From NCBI GenBank assembly GCA_015233035.1, contig JADFYM010000004.1, forward strand, positions 5,839-37,838: a stretch of DNA of 32,000 nt, given 5' to 3'. Below, piece after piece: positions 8,664-15,884 of the stretch. The stretch's first letter is position 1; each line of letters starts with the position of its first letter. The DNA is from Magnetococcales bacterium (GTDB lineage Bacteria > Pseudomonadota > Magnetococcia > Magnetococcales > Magnetaquicoccaceae). Made by a program: the position numbers and the translations under genes. Under the pieces are notes generated by a model, which was given only the letters and a program-made list of their open reading frames with translations, ran no database searches and had not been told where the DNA came from.

Positions 8664-8772
8664 CACTTTTTTTTAAATAATATTATCAAGGGGGTCCGGG
8701 GGGGATTATCCCCCCCGGTGGGGTCTTGGGGCAAAGCCCCTGGTGGGGTCTTGGGGCAAAGCCCCTGGCAAG
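8664..8772 (+). repeat. GC-rich triple-hairpin intergenic repeat, copy B, containing a perfect 25-bp tandem duplication
   Basis: T8 and an A/T-rich head, then GGGGGGGATTATCCCCCCC, then two copies of ggtggggtcttggggcaaagcccct (8717-8741 and 8742-8766). By eye about 90 percent identical to the reverse complement of 11385-11480. Confidence 0.6.
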
Positions 8773-8981
8773 GCCCATAAACACCCACCTGAGGTGGAGA
8801 CTAAGCCATTTTCTCTCATTGCTCAATGGCGGCAGATCTATAAAATGGGTATGCGGGTCAGTTGGCAGCGGTTGACGAGATCATCTGGCTCCGCTAAAAA
8901 AATCATACACGGCATGGCCGCCATCAACACCCGGATTCCGCCATGTCGGCGGTCCATTCTGGCATAATTTAGGGGTAACAC

Positions 8982-9974
8982 ATGAAAAACATGCAGATTA
9001 TAATCAACGGCGAGTCCATGGAAATGCCACCGGGGACCACCATCGGCCAAATGCTGGAACGGCTGCAATTCAATCCGGGCCGCGTCGCGGTTGAACACAA
9101 CCGGGAGGTTGCCCCACGCAACCAGTATGACGCCATCCCCTTGGCCGATGGCGACCAGATCGAGGTGGTCCATTTTATCGGTGGCGGATCGATCGACGAC
9201 GCCGATCCACTCATCATTGCAGGCCGACCGTTCACCAGCCGCTTGCTGGTCGGCACCGGCAAATACAAGGATTTCACCGAAACCGCCCAGGCGGTGGCCG
9301 CCTCAGGGGCTGAAATTGTCACCGTTGCCGTCCGACGTGTCAATATCAGCGACCCCAGTGCCACACTCTTGACGGATTATCTGGATCCCAAACAGTATAC
9401 CTACCTGCCCAACACCGCCGGTTGCTACACCGCCGAGGAAGCGGTGCGAACCCTGCGCCTTGCCCGCGAGGCGGGCGGCTGGGACATGGTCAAACTGGAA
9501 GTCCTGTCCGATGCCAAATATTTGTGGCCCAACAATCCAGAAACATTGAAAGCCGCAGAATTATTGATCAAAGAAAAGTTCCAGGTCATGGTCTACACCA
9601 CGGATGACCCCTATATGTGCAAACGATTTGAAGAGATGGGCTGTGTCGCGGTGATGCCCCTGGCCGCGCCCATCGGTTCGGGATTGGGCATTCGCAACCC
9701 CTATACATTGCGCATTATTATTGAACAGGCCACCGTTCCCGTGCTGGTGGATGCGGGCGTGGGTACGGCCTCTGACGCAGCTCTGGCCATGGAACTGGGC
9801 TGTGATGGCGTCCTCATGAATACCGCCATTGCGGGCGCGAAAGATCCCATCCGCATGGCCCGCGCCATGAAAAAAGCCGTTGAAAGTGGCCGCGATGCCT
9901 TTCTGGCCGGGCGCATCCCCAAAAAACTGTATGCCTCCGCCTCCAGCCCCCTGGATGGCCTGTTGCTCGGATGA
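8982..9974 (+). CDS. thiG: ThiS-ThiG fusion: sulfur-carrier domain fused in frame to thiazole synthase, 330 aa
   Basis: Residues 1-68 (MQIIINGE...[14 protein letters not shown]) are a ThiS-like beta-grasp ending in GGG. The linker is SIDDADP. The remainder ([19 protein letters not shown]...VKLEV...[14 protein letters not shown]...[12 protein letters not shown]...MNTAIA) is canonical ThiG. ATG at 8982 follows AGGGG. Confidence 0.85.
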   Translation: MKNMQIIINGESMEMPPGTTIGQMLERLQFNPGRVAVEHNREVAPRNQYDAIPLADGDQIEVVHFIGGGSIDDADPLIIAGRPFTSRLLVGTGKYKDFTETAQAVAASGAEIVTVAVRRVNISDPSATLLTDYLDPKQYTYLPNTAGCYTAEEAVRTLRLAREAGGWDMVKLEVLSDAKYLWPNNPETLKAAELLIKEKFQVMVYTTDDPYMCKRFEEMGCVAVMPLAAPIGSGLGIRNPYTLRIIIEQATVPVLVDAGVGTASDAALAMELGCDGVLMNTAIAGAKDPIRMARAMKKAVESGRDAFLAGRIPKKLYASASSPLDGLLLG

Positions 9975-10501
9975 CCCCCCACCCCCCCCGCTGGGAGTGC
10001 CGCTGGCCGGATCTGGTCGCCCTCCAGGTTGCGACAGCGCGCCTCCTGCGGGACCGCACAACCGACCCCTCGCTCAACCCGCGTTTGGGCATTCGCGTCC
10101 AGAGGGATCCCTCTGACCATCCCCAGGCACCCATCCGCGCCCTGCTGGTCACCCCCTGGGCCGTGGAACGGGTCTACTGGAACAATCCTGCTCGGCAAAA
10201 TCCGCCTGTACGCCATACGATACCGCTGTTGGCCGATGCCCATGGCCGTGTCGCGGCCGGTATTGGCGTGATTCTGGAATATAGGGCGACCGACATCCCC
10301 GTGCGAACCGCCTGGGAACCAGAAACCGGACATTATTTTGTGGAAACCCTCCTGCCTGCCGTGCAGGATCTGGGCTCGGTGGAAGAGGCCATCGCCGTCG
10401 CTCTGGGACGTAAACCGCTCTATTTGCCCAAACAATCCCTCACCGACCATCTCTCCCTCCCGGTCAACCGCCGCCATCTGTTGGGACTCTGGCATCGGTA
10501 G
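9971..10501 (+). CDS. Hypothetical protein, HybE-like ([NiFe]-hydrogenase assembly chaperone family, tentative), 176 aa
   Basis: ATGA overlap with the thiSG stop (9971-9974). [33 protein letters not shown] and the C-terminal NRRHLLG parallel E. coli HybE VITPWMLSAVIF, SQYLSCSLMSPLSHSMSIEE and GRRALLFG (recalled from memory). Confidence 0.5.
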   Translation: MTPHPPRWECRWPDLVALQVATARLLRDRTTDPSLNPRLGIRVQRDPSDHPQAPIRALLVTPWAVERVYWNNPARQNPPVRHTIPLLADAHGRVAAGIGVILEYRATDIPVRTAWEPETGHYFVETLLPAVQDLGSVEEAIAVALGRKPLYLPKQSLTDHLSLPVNRRHLLGLWHR

Positions 10502-10699
10502 CCCGCTTCAGCCCGCACCCCTACCATCCGACCCCCAAAATCTCGGCACACATATTGCGAATAAAAATTTTATATAATTCAGCCGAAGCGCAGCTTTTTT
10601 ATTAGAAGTGAACCCCGTCTGTTTGCTATAGTACCGGGTTTGGAAGCTTGAGCGGAAGCTAGGAGCTAAAAAAGAACTTTCTCACAGGAGACGCAATCA

Positions 10700-10951
10700 A
10701 TGTCTAAAATTATCCCCGTCATTCTCATCTCTGGATTGTTGGGCGTGTTGAGCGGTTGTGCATCGCAACCGGCCAAACCCGAAGCCAGCCAGCAGGAGCA
10801 GCTCGCCAAAGCGGAAGCCGATCGTAGGGCCGCCGTGGCAGCCGCTGACAAAGCGAAAGCGGAAGCCGACGCTCTGCGGAAAGAAAATGACCGCCTCAAG
10901 GAAGAAGCCGCCCGTGCCAAGAAAGGGTTCCGCGAAGGACTCAACAAGTAG
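10700..10951 (+). CDS. Small Ala/Lys/Glu-rich coiled-coil lipoprotein, Lpp/OprI-like, C-terminal Lys, 83 aa
   Basis: Signal peptide plus lipobox MSKIIPVILISGLLGVLSG|C. The mature 63 aa are helical and repetitive (AKAEADRRAAVAAADKAKAEADALRKENDRLKEEAARAKK) and end in ...GLNK. AGGAG lies 8 nt upstream of the ATG. Confidence 0.7.
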   Translation: MSKIIPVILISGLLGVLSGCASQPAKPEASQQEQLAKAEADRRAAVAAADKAKAEADALRKENDRLKEEAARAKKGFREGLNK

Positions 10952-10974
10952 CACAACGGCTAACACCGGAAAAA

Positions 10975-11025
10975 AATCGGGACACTGGGGGTATCCATTC
11001 TTCCCAGTGTCCCGATTGCCCTTTC
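10975..11025 (+). terminator. Terminator-like hairpin after the lipoprotein gene
   Basis: Perfect 15-bp inverted repeat: aatcgggacactggg (10975-10989) and cccagtgtcccgatt (11003-11017), with a 13-nt loop. Only a weak T-tract (cccttt) follows. Confidence 0.5.
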
Positions 11026-11240
11026 AGTCTGTCCCCCGCCCGCTTTTTCTCACCCATGCTTGCGCTTGGCGTGACGTGTTGTCGTGACCAAAAATTCCCC
11101 TTTGAATGAAAGCCCCCCAAACTTCCACCGGAAGAGATAATCCCCTTGGAACAAACAAAAATGTTGCTGTCCGCACAAGCAGAAATATGTATAACATTTG
11201 GATAAACTGCACCCAGCATGGGATGCGTAGTTTTTCAAAC

Positions 11241-11318
11241 GTCATTCCCGCGCAGGCGGGAATCCAGCCAACCCCTTGGAACGCCTGGACTCCCGTCTGC
11301 GCGGGAATGACATTTTTT
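11241..11318 (+). repeat. 27-bp inverted repeat built from two ATTCCC-N8-GGGAAT (dRS3-like) palindromes, followed by T6
   Basis: Left arm gtcattcccgcgcaggcgggaatccag (11241-11267) and right arm ctggactcccgtctgcgcgggaatgac (11285-11311) are complementary at 25/27 positions. The loop is 17 nt. TTTTTT at 11313-11318. Spurious ORFs read VIPAQAGIQ and LDSRLRGND through it. Confidence 0.7.
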
Positions 11319-11384
11319 CATCTTCTGTCAACTGGAAAAGAAAGGCAGCAGGAAGCGGGGGAACAACTCAAGGGAAGGGAACAA

Positions 11385-11480
11385 GGGAGGGGGCTTTGCC
11401 CCCAACCCCACCAGGGGCTTTGCCCCTGGACCCCACCAGGGGGATAATCCCCCTGGACCCCTGAAAATGATTGCAAAAAG
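11385..11480 (-). repeat. GC-rich triple-hairpin intergenic repeat, copy C (inverted relative to copy B)
   Basis: gggggctttgccccc, caggggctttgcccctg and cagggggataatccccctg, then ctgaaaatgattgcaaaaag. It starts 13 nt after the transpeptidase stop codon (11493). Confidence 0.6.
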
Positions 11481-11492
11481 AGAAGAATGTGA

Positions 11493-12611
11493 CTACTGCA
11501 CGGGCGCGACCATCGTCTCCACCGCCCGACGACTCCGCATGACCAACCTGTCCTCCCACGCCCAACCCACCCCAACATGTTCCAACGATGGCGGATGCCA
11601 AACCTGACCAACCACCTGAGGCACCCCGCTGGCCTCCTGCACCGTCTGCTCCAACCGCTGCCAATCCATCACCACCTCTTCCGCAAAGGGTCGCCGCGCC
11701 AGTGCCTGCGCAACCACCAAATTGGCACGCCCCTTCAGACCGGCCCGATCCTTCATGGACAGCACATCATGCACCTGCAAATACAACCGTTCCCCCTGCC
11801 AACCAGCCTTGACCGGCTGGTTGATAATATCTACCGTGTCATGCACGGCCACTTCTTCATAAAACCGCACAATATCCTCAGGATACATACGCATACATCC
11901 GTGACTGACCCGGCGTCCCACGCCATAAGGCTTTTGCGTACCGTGCATCAAATAACCGGGAATGGAGAGATAAATCGCATGTGTACCCAACGGATTGCGG
12001 GGACCGGACGGAATGACACTGGGCAAATAAGGCTTTTCCTTGCGAATGGAAGCGGGCACATACCAGGAGGGATAAGGCGTCTTGCGCACCACCTGGGTCG
12101 CACCAGAAGGGGTCAACAATCCCTCCCGACCAATGCCAATCGGATAGGTGTCCAACCACCCGTCCCAACGCCTGTGGTAGACACGCATCTCCGGCAGATT
12201 GACGATGATACGCGCTGAAGAACGGGGCAAAACACGCCGAAAATTGACTCGCACCACCGTGCCAGCCCCCGGATACCAGACATTGACATTGGGATTGGCA
12301 TCACGCAACTCATTGAAGCCAACCCCAAACAAACGCGCCAACTGGATCAAGGTGTCTGAATCTTTCGCCAAATAGCGCAATTCGCCGCCCCCGATCACCT
12401 CGTCTCCCTGGGCGAACGGATACCACCGCCGCCGCCAGGGAACCTCGCCAAGGCTTATCGTGCTCAGCGAATCTTCCAGGCGTAACGGAAGGTTCGGAAT
12501 GTCGGAAAAAGCCGCGAAGGCATCAACAACGAAGGAAAACAAGGCGAAAAGCAGGGCAGCCACCCAAAAGGTGGCCGAAAAACCAAGTGATTGATTGAAA
12601 TTGCAACGCAT
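11493..12611 (-). CDS. L,D-transpeptidase, LysM + YkuD catalytic domain + C-terminal Ldt domain, 372 aa
   Basis: LysM-like YLAKDSDTLIQLARLFGVGFNELRDANP. YkuD active site GTHAIYLS...YLMHGT...GRRVSHGCMRMYPEDI. N-terminal membrane anchor ATFWVAALLFALFSFVV. Start moved from 12797 to the ATG at 12609-12611, because the ORF-track version overlaps rplQ. Confidence 0.85.
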   Translation of the reverse strand: MRCNFNQSLGFSATFWVAALLFALFSFVVDAFAAFSDIPNLPLRLEDSLSTISLGEVPWRRRWYPFAQGDEVIGGGELRYLAKDSDTLIQLARLFGVGFNELRDANPNVNVWYPGAGTVVRVNFRRVLPRSSARIIVNLPEMRVYHRRWDGWLDTYPIGIGREGLLTPSGATQVVRKTPYPSWYVPASIRKEKPYLPSVIPSGPRNPLGTHAIYLSIPGYLMHGTQKPYGVGRRVSHGCMRMYPEDIVRFYEEVAVHDTVDIINQPVKAGWQGERLYLQVHDVLSMKDRAGLKGRANLVVAQALARRPFAEEVVMDWQRLEQTVQEASGVPQVVGQVWHPPSLEHVGVGWAWEDRLVMRSRRAVETMVAPVQ

Positions 12612-12748
12612 CTTCGGGCCCTGGGCGTCATGGGTAATGTGAGAGACCGGAAACACCAACCCATAACCCCCGCCGCCGGTCGTCTCGTGGGATTTATAAC
12701 GGTCCCCAACCCCCTGCCACCCTGCTAACACAAACAAAACAAGGAGCG

Positions 12749-13114
12749 TTACTGCTCGACCCTTTCCACCAGTTCGATCAAGGACATGGGCGCACAATCC
12801 CCATAACGATCCCGCGTCTTGAGCACCCGCGTATAACCACCCGGCCGCGTCCGATTCCGCTCCGCAATGTCGGAAAAGAGTTTATGCACAATCTCTTTAT
12901 CCTGAAGCAGGCTCAACGCTTGCCGACGGGCATGCAAATCACCCCGTTTGCCCAAGGTCACCATCTGATCGGCCACACCCCGCAACGCCTTGGCCTTGGG
13001 GGTCGTCGTCTCGATCCGTTCATAACGAAACAGGCTGACCAACAAATTGCTGATCATCGCCTCAAAATGGCTGCTGCTGCGGCCCAATTTGCACCCATGT
13101 CTCTGATGTCTCAT
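12749..13114 (-). CDS. rplQ: 50S ribosomal protein L17
   Basis: MRHQRHGCKLGRSSSHFEAMISNLL...; last gene after rpoA in the conserved alpha operon; ATG at 13112-13114. Confidence 0.95.
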   Translation of the reverse strand: MRHQRHGCKLGRSSSHFEAMISNLLVSLFRYERIETTTPKAKALRGVADQMVTLGKRGDLHARRQALSLLQDKEIVHKLFSDIAERNRTRPGGYTRVLKTRDRYGDCAPMSLIELVERVEQ

Positions 13115-13126
13115 GCTACCATACCC

Positions 13127-14149
13127 CTAGAAATGCTCGTCTTCAAACTGTTTGGCCAATTCGTCAATATTCTCTGGAGGCCATCCATCCAGGATCATTC
13201 CCAGGCTGAGATCCATCTCCTCCAACACTTCCTTGATCTCATTCAAAGACTTGCGCCCAAAATTGGGCGTCTTGAGCATCTCCGCCTCTGTCTTCTGCAC
13301 CAGATCACCAATATAGACAATCTCGTCATTTTTCAGGCAATTGGCAGAACGAACAGAAAGCTCCAGTTCGTCCACTTTGCGGAACAGATTGGGATTCCAC
13401 TTAGGAAGAGAGGACTCCTCCTGCAGATCCCCCATGGGCACATCATCAAAGTTGATGAACAAACTCAGTTGATCCTGCAAAATTTTGGCGGCCAACGCCA
13501 AGGCATCCTCCGGCGACACGACCCCATTGGTCTCGATCTCCAGGATCAGCCTGTCATAGTCAGTCTGCTGCCCCACCCGGGCATTTTCCACCTTGTAGGC
13601 CACCCGCTTGACCGGGTTATAACTGCAATCCAGAAAAATTTCCCCGATGGTAGCCGACTCATCGTCCGTTTTCTGCGCCGACGGCACATACCCCTTGCCG
13701 CTGGTCACATTCAAGATCATATCCAGCTTGCCGCTTTTGTTCAACGTCGCGATATGATGATCAGGATTCAGGATTTCCACATCCTGCCCGCAATCAATCG
13801 CGCCAGCGGTCACCACCCCTTCACCTTCGGCCCGCAAATAAATCTGCTTGTGACCAACCCCGGACTTGATCCGAATCGCCAACCCCTTCAGGTTGAGAAT
13901 AATGTCTGTCACATCTTCCAACACACCGGGAATGCTGGAAAACTCATGCAAAACACCCTCGATTTGCACGGAGGAAACCGCCGCTCCCTGCAGGGAGGAA
14001 AGCAACACCCGGCGCAACGCATTACCCAAGGTTGTGCCAAACCCACGCTCAAGAGGCTCAGCCACCAGGGTCGCCTTTAACAGCGTATCGCCCTGCTCAA
14101 GCAATTCCACCTTCTGGGGTTTGATTAATTCGGTCCAGTTTCTGTACAT
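13127..14149 (-). CDS. rpoA: DNA-directed RNA polymerase alpha subunit
   Basis: 340 aa; N-terminal assembly domain and a C-terminal domain ([23 protein letters not shown]); lies between rpsD and rplQ. Confidence 0.97.
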   Translation of the reverse strand: MYRNWTELIKPQKVELLEQGDTLLKATLVAEPLERGFGTTLGNALRRVLLSSLQGAAVSSVQIEGVLHEFSSIPGVLEDVTDIILNLKGLAIRIKSGVGHKQIYLRAEGEGVVTAGAIDCGQDVEILNPDHHIATLNKSGKLDMILNVTSGKGYVPSAQKTDDESATIGEIFLDCSYNPVKRVAYKVENARVGQQTDYDRLILEIETNGVVSPEDALALAAKILQDQLSLFINFDDVPMGDLQEESSLPKWNPNLFRKVDELELSVRSANCLKNDEIVYIGDLVQKTEAEMLKTPNFGRKSLNEIKEVLEEMDLSLGMILDGWPPENIDELAKQFEDEHF

Positions 14150-14176
14150 CCGCTTCCCCTAACCTGGTATCATCTT

Positions 14177-14803
14177 CTACTTGGAGTACAGCTCAACAAT
14201 CAGGTTTTCGTTATAGTCCGCAGGCAAGTCGGCACGATCCGGCAGGGCACGGAATACCCCGGACATATTGACAGAATCCACATCCAACCAGCCAGGGAAA
14301 CCCCGGCGCGCGGCACTGTCCATGGCACCCTTGATGCGCAAGTGCGAACGGGCCGCCGGGGTGATGGCAACCTTGTCGCCCGGCTTGACCAGATAAGAGG
14401 CAATGTTGACCAAATGATCGTTCACCAACACCTGCCGATGACTGACAACCTGACGGGCCTCGCTCCTGGACGCAGAAAAACCCAACCGGAAAACCACATT
14501 ATCCAGTCTTCGCTCCAAAAGGATCAGAAGATTTTCGCCGGTAATACCCCCCATCCGCTCCGCTTTCTCAAAATAATTATGAAATTGCTTCTCCAGCAAC
14601 CCATAAGTCCTCTTGATCTTCTGCTTTTCGCGCAAATGGAGGCCATAATCGGAAACCTTACGACGACGCTGACCCTGGACCCCAGGTCCATAGTTCCGGC
14701 GTTCCATGGCACACTTATCGGAAAAGCACTTCTCCCCTTTCAGAAAGAGCTTCGCGGATTCGCGCCGACAAATACGGCATTTGGATCCAAAATAACGGGC
14801 CAT
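14177..14803 (-). CDS. rpsD: 30S ribosomal protein S4
   Basis: MARYFGSKCRICRRESAKLFLKGEKCFSDKC..., 208 aa, in operon order. Confidence 0.97.
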   Translation of the reverse strand: MARYFGSKCRICRRESAKLFLKGEKCFSDKCAMERRNYGPGVQGQRRRKVSDYGLHLREKQKIKRTYGLLEKQFHNYFEKAERMGGITGENLLILLERRLDNVVFRLGFSASRSEARQVVSHRQVLVNDHLVNIASYLVKPGDKVAITPAARSHLRIKGAMDSAARRGFPGWLDVDSVNMSGVFRALPDRADLPADYNENLIVELYSK

Positions 14804-14839
14804 TGCTTCTGCGTTCCTCGCAATAAACTCAAAGTGAAG

Positions 14840-15235
14840 TCAAACTCGACGACGTTTGGGCGGACGACAACCATTGTGTGGAATAGGCGTCACATCCTGC
14901 ACAAACGCAATATTGAAACCAATACCTGCCAAAGCACGGAGGGCCGACTCCCGCCCAGAACCCGGCCCTTTCAGGCGTACATCAATATTCCGCATCCCAT
15001 GCTCCATGGCCTTGCGCCCTGCATCCTCAGCGGCCATCTGGGCAGCAAACGGTGTGGACTTACGCGACCCCTTGAACCCCTGCGCCCCAGCAGACGCCCA
15101 GGATATGACATTGCCAGAGGTATCGGTAATCGTAACCAATGTATTGTTGAACGTAGAATGAATGTGAGCGATACCACTCGCAATACTTTTCCGTTCCTTT
15201 TTCTTTCCCCGGGAAACCTTTTGGACCTTCGCCAT
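14840..15235 (-). CDS. rpsK: 30S ribosomal protein S11
   Basis: [30 protein letters not shown]..., 131 aa. Confidence 0.97.
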   Translation of the reverse strand: MAKVQKVSRGKKKERKSIASGIAHIHSTFNNTLVTITDTSGNVISWASAGAQGFKGSRKSTPFAAQMAAEDAGRKAMEHGMRNIDVRLKGPGSGRESALRALAGIGFNIAFVQDVTPIPHNGCRPPKRRRV

Positions 15236-15289
15236 CTTTTCTCCTCACATTCGGGCCAGGATATCTCCGGCCGAAGAATTGCAAACGGA

Positions 15290-15655
15290 TCAACCCTTAC
15301 CAGGAATCGACCGCCGTGGACCCTTGCGGGTACGCCCATTCGTATGGGTCCTCTGTCCACGCACGGGAAGCCCCCGACGGTGACGCAAACCGCGATAGGA
15401 ACCCAGATCCATCAGCCGCTTGGTGTTCATGGCCACTTGCCGACGCAAATCGCCCTCCACCTGAAAATCACTGTCAATGATAGAGCGGATCCGCGCAATA
15501 TCTGTCTCAGAAAGATCCCGGCCTCGCGTATCAGGGGAAATATCCGCAGCTTTCAGTATACTGGCAGCAGCATGCCGACCAATTCCATATATATAGGTCA
15601 ATCCGACTGCAAGCCGTTTGTTGATGGGAATGTTAACCCCGGCAATTCGAGCCAC
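15290..15655 (-). CDS. rpsM: 30S ribosomal protein S13
   Basis: [26 protein letters not shown]..., 121 aa. GTG start (plus-strand cac at 15653-15655) 7 nt after GGAGG. Confidence 0.96.
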   Translation of the reverse strand: MARIAGVNIPINKRLAVGLTYIYGIGRHAAASILKAADISPDTRGRDLSETDIARIRSIIDSDFQVEGDLRRQVAMNTKRLMDLGSYRGLRHRRGLPVRGQRTHTNGRTRKGPRRSIPGKG

Positions 15656-15709
15656 TTTGCAACCTCCAAAATCTTCCTAAGTTCTGTCCGAATCTGTGCG
15701 GGCACTTCC

Positions 15710-15733
15710 CGGTTTTGCACTACCGCAAAACCG
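15710..15733 (-). other. Perfect 9-bp stem-loop between rpmJ and rpsM (spc/alpha operon junction)
   Basis: Minus strand reads CGGTTTTGC-GGTAGT-GCAAAACCG, starting 12 nt after the rpmJ stop. No U-tract follows. Confidence 0.35.
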
Positions 15734-15745
15734 AAACCACACGGA

Positions 15746-15862
15746 TCAGCCCTGCCTCTGCTTGTGTTTGGGATGCTTGGTACAAATGACTCTGACAATA
15801 CCCTTGCGTTTGATCGTCATGCAATCTTTGCACACTGTCTTTACGGATGCACGAACCTTCAT
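15746..15862 (-). CDS. rpmJ: 50S ribosomal protein L36 (Zn-binding form), 38 aa
   Basis: Not in the ORF track (too short). Manual translation of the minus strand from the ATG at 15860-15862 gives [38 protein letters not shown], with TGA at 15746-15748. Confidence 0.93.
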   Translation of the reverse strand: MKVRASVKTVCKDCMTIKRKGIVRVICTKHPKHKQRQG

Positions 15863-15884
15863 CACAACCCTCCAAAAACACCAC

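Noticed and set aside
8717-8766. Tandem GC-rich units considered as a mini CRISPR array
   Set aside because: There are only two abutting 25-bp units with no spacers, they belong to a dispersed repeat family, and no cas genes are present.
8773-8981. Possible TPP (THI-box) riboswitch upstream of thiSG
   Set aside because: I looked for the conserved CUGAGA and ACCUGAUCUGGAUAAUGCCAGCG-like cores and found nothing convincing; only CCACC-TGA-GGTGG and unrelated hairpins are present. A covariance-model scan would be decisive.
8838-9364. Minus-strand ORFs 8838..9173 and 8969..9364 opposite the thiS domain
   Set aside because: They are antisense to a well-supported ThiS-ThiG coding region, with no homology-like features and no RBS.
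9701-10495. 264-aa minus-strand ORF opposite the HybE-like ORF
   Set aside because: It overlaps the 3' 270 nt of thiSG, is codon-aligned with the plus ORF (shadow pattern), and has a Gly/Arg/Gln-rich composition. The plus ORF has ATGA coupling and family-like motifs. I hold this rejection with only moderate confidence.
10502-10699. Specific sigma70 promoter for the lipoprotein gene in the A/T-rich stretch (ttgcgaataaaaattttatataatt)
   Set aside because: TATAAT is present, but no -35 hexamer lies at a 16-18 nt spacing (TTGCGA is only 12 nt away). A promoter is likely somewhere here but cannot be pinned down by eye.
8664-11480. Inverted repeats considered as ends of a composite transposon or IS
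   Set aside because: There is no transposase or integrase and no obvious target-site duplication, and the cargo is housekeeping-type. I kept only the weaker inversion hypothesis as a finding.
11106-11664. ORFs 11106..11447, 11276..11464, 11318..11611 and 11368..11664 in the convergent spacer
   Set aside because: They are read through the dRS3-like palindrome and repeat copy C (peptides IPAQAGIQ, SRLRGND, PGALPLDP), have no RBS, and overlap one another. They are artefacts of the repeats.
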